From positions 1 through 11,491 of the forward strand of contig JBIKWN010000074.1 of NCBI GenBank assembly GCA_044356295.1: a DNA stretch of 11,491 nt, given 5' to 3'. Source of the stretch: Bdellovibrionota bacterium (lineage in GTDB: Bacteria > Bdellovibrionota_C > UBA2361 > JBIKWN01). The position numbers were made by a program, and so were the translations under genes. The notes under the pieces were generated by a model that was given only the letters and a program-made list of their open reading frames with translations, ran no database searches and was not told the origin of the DNA. Positions 7,708 through 11,491 of the stretch are shown here, one piece after another (positions within the stretch are counted from its first letter, which is position 1; each line of letters begins with the position of its first letter).

Positions 7708-7736
7708 TTGACCTATACCCAAGTTATCGATATCAT
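7708..7736 (+). promoter_or_regulatory. sigma70 promoter of the rplM-rpsI operon
   Basis: TTGACC (7708-7713)-N17-TATCAT (7731-7736), 5/6 consensus in both boxes, 36 nt upstream of rplM. Confidence 0.8.
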
Positions 7737-7772
7737 TCGAACCTCTTAGTTTCCAAATCTACGGATATTTGT

Positions 7773-8213
7773 ATGAGTACTTATTTTCAGTCTGACGAAG
7801 ACGCAATTGCGTCAGCAAAGTGGTTGTTAGTTGATGTTGCCGATAAACCGGTTGGGCGTGTTGCGTCTCAAATCGCAGCAATATTGCGCGGTAAAAATTC
7901 ACCTAAATTCACTAAGCATGTAAATGGTGGTGATTTTGTTGTTGTGGTTAATGCCTCAAAGATCAAGTTCACCGGTAATAAGCGACAACAAAAAATGTAT
8001 TATAACCACTCTGGTTATATCGGTGGTCTTCGTGAGCAAAATGCTGACGAGGTTCTTAATACTAATCCAGAAAGAGTTATTATCGCAGCTGTGAAGGGTA
8101 TGCTTCCACGCGGTGCACTTGGTCATAATATTATTAAAAAACTAAAAGTGTATCCTGGACTTGAGCACCCACATGCTTCACAAAAGCCAGAAGTTATTGA
8201 AGTTTCATTATAA
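7773..8213 (+). CDS. rplM: 50S ribosomal protein L13 (uL13)
   Basis: KWLLVDVADKPVGRVASQIAAILRGKNSPKFTKHVNGGDFVVVVNA...YYNHSGYIGGL...AVKGMLPRGALG...KLKVY...HPHASQKP; directly followed by rpsI. Confidence 0.99.
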   Translation: MSTYFQSDEDAIASAKWLLVDVADKPVGRVASQIAAILRGKNSPKFTKHVNGGDFVVVVNASKIKFTGNKRQQKMYYNHSGYIGGLREQNADEVLNTNPERVIIAAVKGMLPRGALGHNIIKKLKVYPGLEHPHASQKPEVIEVSL

Positions 8214-8256
8214 TAATTGTTAAAAATTCAAAGAAGAACCATTAAGGAATATAGAG

Positions 8257-8652
8257 ATGTTAAAGGGCGGCGGAACACAAACAACCGGAAGAAGAAAAAG
8301 AGCTATAGCTCGTGCATATGTACGAACTGGTACCGGTAATATCGTTGTAAACGGTCTTTCGTATGGTGATTATTTAGGTCGTGAGACTTCTAAGATGGTT
8401 GTTATGCAACCTCTGAATCTGTTGGAAAAAGCAGATAAATTTGACATCGTTGTTAACGTTAAAGGTGGCGGAAAGTCGGGTCAAGCAGGTGCTATTCGTC
8501 TTGCGATTGCACGTGCACTTTGCACTAATGATGCCGAAAACCGTTCTGCTCTTAAAGCAGAAGGTTTCCTTACAAGAGACTCTCGGGAAGTTGAGCGTAA
8601 GAAGTATGGACTTCGAAAAGCTCGTCGACGTTCGCAGTTCTCGAAGCGTTAG
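8257..8652 (+). CDS. rpsI: 30S ribosomal protein S9 (uS9)
   Basis: [10 protein letters not shown]...[21 protein letters not shown]...[40 protein letters not shown] upstream. Confidence 0.99.
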   Translation: MLKGGGTQTTGRRKRAIARAYVRTGTGNIVVNGLSYGDYLGRETSKMVVMQPLNLLEKADKFDIVVNVKGGGKSGQAGAIRLAIARALCTNDAENRSALKAEGFLTRDSREVERKKYGLRKARRRSQFSKR

Positions 8653-8697
8653 TTTTCTTTTTATTTATCTTTAAGAGAGTTAGCTCTCTCATTAGAA

Positions 8698-8742
8698 ATA
8701 CGAGTGAATCGTATGACTCAATCTCGTATCTTGATTTTGTTT
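8698..8742 (+). terminator. Possible intrinsic terminator of rplM-rpsI
   Basis: Inverted repeat ATACGAG (8698-8704)/CTCGTAT (8723-8729) with inner TGA/TCA pairing, followed by T-rich CTTGATTTTGTTT. A smaller hairpin, AGAGAG-TTAG-CTCTCT, lies at 8674-8689. Confidence 0.4.
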
Positions 8743-8960
8743 CGATCGATTGTAGTAGTTCATCCATATAACATCCTTGTTTGAGAGTACCATTTTTCGG
8801 TTCTCAGTTACTTCTTTGGGGCTTTCTTTGGTATACGATAAAAAACTTACCGAATACATTCATTCACCAGTAAATATAAGTTCGGAATGAAGTCTTATTT
8901 GCTTTCGCTTCTGACGCTATTTAGTCAGATTGTATTGTAAGTAGTTGAAATTACTGAAAT

Positions 8961-10103
8961 TTAATTTTGAAGCAAGTTGTAAAATGCACTAAACTTACTT
9001 TCGCCTTCTGATGCGCTATCCTCCGAAGGATTTTGACTTACTGAACCTTTTACCGAAATCAGAAGGTTATTAGGGTGTTCAACGGCAGTATCCCAAGCAA
9101 GTTGAATATCTTCCGGGAATCCTCGAGATATATCAGCTTGATCTGTCTTTGTTGTCAAATTGGAGTCAGTTGTCTTCTTTCCTAGTTCAGGATTATTGCT
9201 ACCAGTTGAAATATTATTGGTTTGTTCAACTAATTTTTGCTGTGTTTGAGTCGAAATAGCTATCATATCTTCTCTCTGTGAGAAAATTCTTCCAAGAAAA
9301 AGTAAGCTGCCAATAACAATAGCAGCAACGAAAGTTGCAATTGCAGCATATTTTGGTGTCTGAATTATTGTGGATAGCAAAGAAGTTCTGTTAACTTCAG
9401 TCAATGATCCAGTTTCTGCCATTGCAGCACGAATTTTTTTTATTTCGTATGCTGAAGGCCCACTCGTTTCGCCACCTCCAAACCCAATGGTTGCTTGTCT
9501 TGGTTTTTCAAGTTGAATACGAGCGATAAAATCATTCTCTAGCCAGCATTCAGGACGCTCTGAAAGTCTTGTTACAATTACGATTTTTTTCTGCTTCCAT
9601 GCAAGTTTAATCCAGCTATCAGCAAATAAATCCAAAGACGAGGGTGTAAATTCTAAAAATGGATCATTCAAAAAGAAAACTTTCCGGTCAGTCGGATTTT
9701 CAAAACATGCTACTTGGCGAACCATTCGCCACTCTGAAGGAGAAAGTTCCGAGCATCGTTTTGTAGCCAATCCTTCAAGAAGCATTTTTGATAGTGCCGC
9801 TTGTATATTTTCTGCTGCAACATTCCAGCTTAGAAGGTATTCGTAAACTGATTTATTTGGAGGTGACTCGTCCCGAGCACCAAAACCAATAAAGAAATGC
9901 TCTTTAGGATTAAATGGTTTTTCATCAATTGAGAGTGTGAACTCTTGCTCAGGTTGTTTTCCTTCGATAGCAAGGCGGTATGTTTGTAGTTCATCTTCAG
10001 AACGTGCTCGGAAAACTGTAACGCGTCCTGAAACGCAACGTATTGTGCGAAGTTTTTCGCCGCTTTGAGAAAAACGAGATATTTCAAGAAAATCAGTAGA
10101 CAC
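8961..10103 (-). CDS. Membrane-anchored protein with a degenerate ABC-ATPase-like N-terminal domain, one TM helix and a low-complexity C-terminal region
   Basis: ABC-like elements occur in the expected order: SGRVTVFRARSEDEL (Walker A position, no GKS/T), NKSVYEYL, RCSELSPSEWRMV (signature position, L120), KVFFLNDPF (Walker B position, F143-P148) and KKIVIVTRLS (H-switch position). TM helix at aa ~252-271 (YAAIATFVAAIVIGSLLFLG). GTG start. Confidence 0.7.
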   Translation of the reverse strand: MSTDFLEISRFSQSGEKLRTIRCVSGRVTVFRARSEDELQTYRLAIEGKQPEQEFTLSIDEKPFNPKEHFFIGFGARDESPPNKSVYEYLLSWNVAAENIQAALSKMLLEGLATKRCSELSPSEWRMVRQVACFENPTDRKVFFLNDPFLEFTPSSLDLFADSWIKLAWKQKKIVIVTRLSERPECWLENDFIARIQLEKPRQATIGFGGGETSGPSAYEIKKIRAAMAETGSLTEVNRTSLLSTIIQTPKYAAIATFVAAIVIGSLLFLGRIFSQREDMIAISTQTQQKLVEQTNNISTGSNNPELGKKTTDSNLTTKTDQADISRGFPEDIQLAWDTAVEHPNNLLISVKGSVSQNPSEDSASEGESKFSAFYNLLQN

Positions 10104-10112
10104 AGATAGTAT

Positions 10113-10139
10113 GTATCGGACGCATTACCTTTTTCTTCA
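10113..10139 (-). promoter_or_regulatory. Putative sigma28 promoter for the 380-aa gene
   Basis: The minus strand reads TGAAG (10139-10135)-N14-TCCGATAC (10120-10113), compared with TAAAG-N14-GCCGATAA. It ends 9 nt before the GTG. Confidence 0.55.
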
Positions 10140-10262
10140 AGTGAAAAAATGAGAGATAGTAACGATAGTTGGCTATAAAATGTGTAATGCTGTTTTATTT
10201 CGATCGCAAGATAATTTTATAGATTTAGAAATAGTGCTTTTTAGACGAAGATACTAGCGTCA

Positions 10263-11192
10263 ATGACGAAATTTATTTTCATATATAAATATAAGCAAAT
10301 CCTGCGTAGGTTTTTACTACTCGTATGTACAATTCTTTTCATTGATATGAATTCTTGCGTAGCTTTTGCTGAATTTGTATCTATAAATCCACTTTGTCGT
10401 CATATAACGAGCCCAAAAAATGGGTCAGCAGGTGTCGTTATCCTCCCTAATACTACTGCAAATACTGGTCCGGCTGGTTTAATCATATATAGCTCAGATA
10501 AATCTATCTCTGCTCAAGGATTTAGAGTGAGTTCTGTTCCAGCTAAAGGTTCTAAAAGTTTCTTTCTTAAATTTAATCGTGAAACAAAAAAATTCTCAGA
10601 CCTGACTATTTCTGGTGGAAAAACGTATCGTCTTGATGGAAATATTTCTATTGACCTGAGTAATATTAAAATAAATATCAGTTATGAAAATAATCATGAT
10701 GTCTATACATCAGTAATATTTAAGCCAGATGCTTCGATTTTTGCTTTGAGTGGGCTTGAGCCGGTTATCAATGGTAAGGGTGATTCTTTTATATCTTGGC
10801 TTGGGAAAGAAAGTGTTGCTAATAGTGAAGTAATGTCAGTCGATGAAGATGCAAACTTGATTGTCGCAGGCAGTGTATATAAAGGCGAAAAGATTGGACT
10901 ACCGAATCAAAATCTTAATCAAAATATTTGCATGAATACTGGAGTCATTTTCATTTCAGCTTCGTCATTGGAGGATCTGCAAAAAAGAGTATCATCTAAT
11001 CAATTATCTCAAACTGAAAAAAGTAACTTGATGAGGAAATCATCTGATTTTTATCAGAAAAATACTTTACTTGTAATGCTCCAACAGGGTGTCGTTGTCC
11101 AAGATGGATATGGACAGCTACTCACCGTCAAACCATCACCACGTAAGTTATTTGATGACCAAATTGTATGCACTGTTGAGGGCTTATCATGA
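10263..11192 (+). CDS. Secreted hypothetical protein
   Basis: 309-aa ORF with a signal-peptide-like segment RRFLLLVCTILFIDMNSCVAFA. The mature part looks beta-rich, with Cys near both ends. The exact start is uncertain and I recognise no family. Confidence 0.75.
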   Translation: MTKFIFIYKYKQILRRFLLLVCTILFIDMNSCVAFAEFVSINPLCRHITSPKNGSAGVVILPNTTANTGPAGLIIYSSDKSISAQGFRVSSVPAKGSKSFFLKFNRETKKFSDLTISGGKTYRLDGNISIDLSNIKINISYENNHDVYTSVIFKPDASIFALSGLEPVINGKGDSFISWLGKESVANSEVMSVDEDANLIVAGSVYKGEKIGLPNQNLNQNICMNTGVIFISASSLEDLQKRVSSNQLSQTEKSNLMRKSSDFYQKNTLLVMLQQGVVVQDGYGQLLTVKPSPRKLFDDQIVCTVEGLS

Positions 11193-11491
11193 AAAACATT
11201 CAGAGATTCAGACAAATCTTAGTATGTAATTGTTTTTTATTCCTCATTATTACTTTACCTGCGTTTGCTGGACCTCAAGGTGGTTGCAAATTGCCTTTGA
11301 CAGAGCTTCAAGCAGGTGTGTACGAGGCTGATTTAGGAAATGTTAAAGTAAAAACAGAGCTCTATAATAGTACGGTAAAGCTTAAACTTATTGGTGAAGT
11401 AAATGAAGATTGGTCGAGTGTGACTACGGAAGATAGCCGAGTTGGGCTTATCACTGGGTATCTTGGTAACGGAGACTCTGCGCAAGTCGTC
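11189..11491 (+). CDS. Secreted hypothetical protein, 3'-truncated by the window edge
   Basis: ATGA overlap with the previous stop. Open for 101 codons to the window end: MKNIQRFRQILVCNCFLFLIITLPAFA|GPQGGCKLPLTELQAGVYEADLGNVKVKTELYNSTVKLKLIGEVNEDWSSVTTEDSRVGLITGYLGNGDSAQVV, with an A-F-A signal peptidase site. It is absent from the ORF track. Confidence 0.8.
   Translation, partial: MKNIQRFRQILVCNCFLFLIITLPAFAGPQGGCKLPLTELQAGVYEADLGNVKVKTELYNSTVKLKLIGEVNEDWSSVTTEDSRVGLITGYLGNGDSAQVV

Noticed and set aside
8441..8674. 77-aa plus ORF
   Set aside because: Alternate frame within rpsI.
8653..8960. tRNA gene or CRISPR array after rpsI
   Set aside because: I found no cloverleaf with a T-loop and acceptor stem, and no regularly spaced direct repeats.
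9830..10087. 85-aa minus ORF
   Set aside because: Alternate frame nested in the 380-aa CDS.
8961..10103. Calling the 380-aa protein a functional ABC transporter ATP-binding subunit, or a pseudogene
   Set aside because: All catalytic motifs are degenerate, so it is not a normal ATPase. The frame is intact over 380 codons with a TM helix and a candidate promoter, so there is no direct evidence of pseudogenisation.

Overview
AT-rich bacterial chromosomal window, probably from a flagellated diderm; the lineage cannot be fixed from sequence alone. The left part is a cell-surface glycosylation and ion-transport block. It holds a GT-C/GT87-like membrane glycosyltransferase running off the left end (1-916, minus, missing from the ORF track), a divergent 660-aa polytopic GT-C-like protein, and a minus-strand unit of a tandem-GT2 (RfbC/WsaE-like) gene followed by mgtE. 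The centre holds a small gene behind a sigma28 (FliA)-like promoter whose C-terminus resembles the flagellin C-terminal D0 helix, a small secreted acidic protein, and the rplM-rpsI operon with a near-consensus sigma70 promoter. The right part holds a 380-aa membrane-anchored protein with a degenerate ABC-ATPase-like domain, also behind a sigma28-like promoter, and two translationally coupled secreted hypothetical proteins, the second truncated by the window end. The most notable items are the two unannotated candidate sigma28-regulon genes, a fourU-like SD-occluding hairpin ahead of mgtE, overlapping divergent -35 elements, and recurrent near-leaderless promoters. I saw no tRNA, rRNA, CRISPR array or mobile element.
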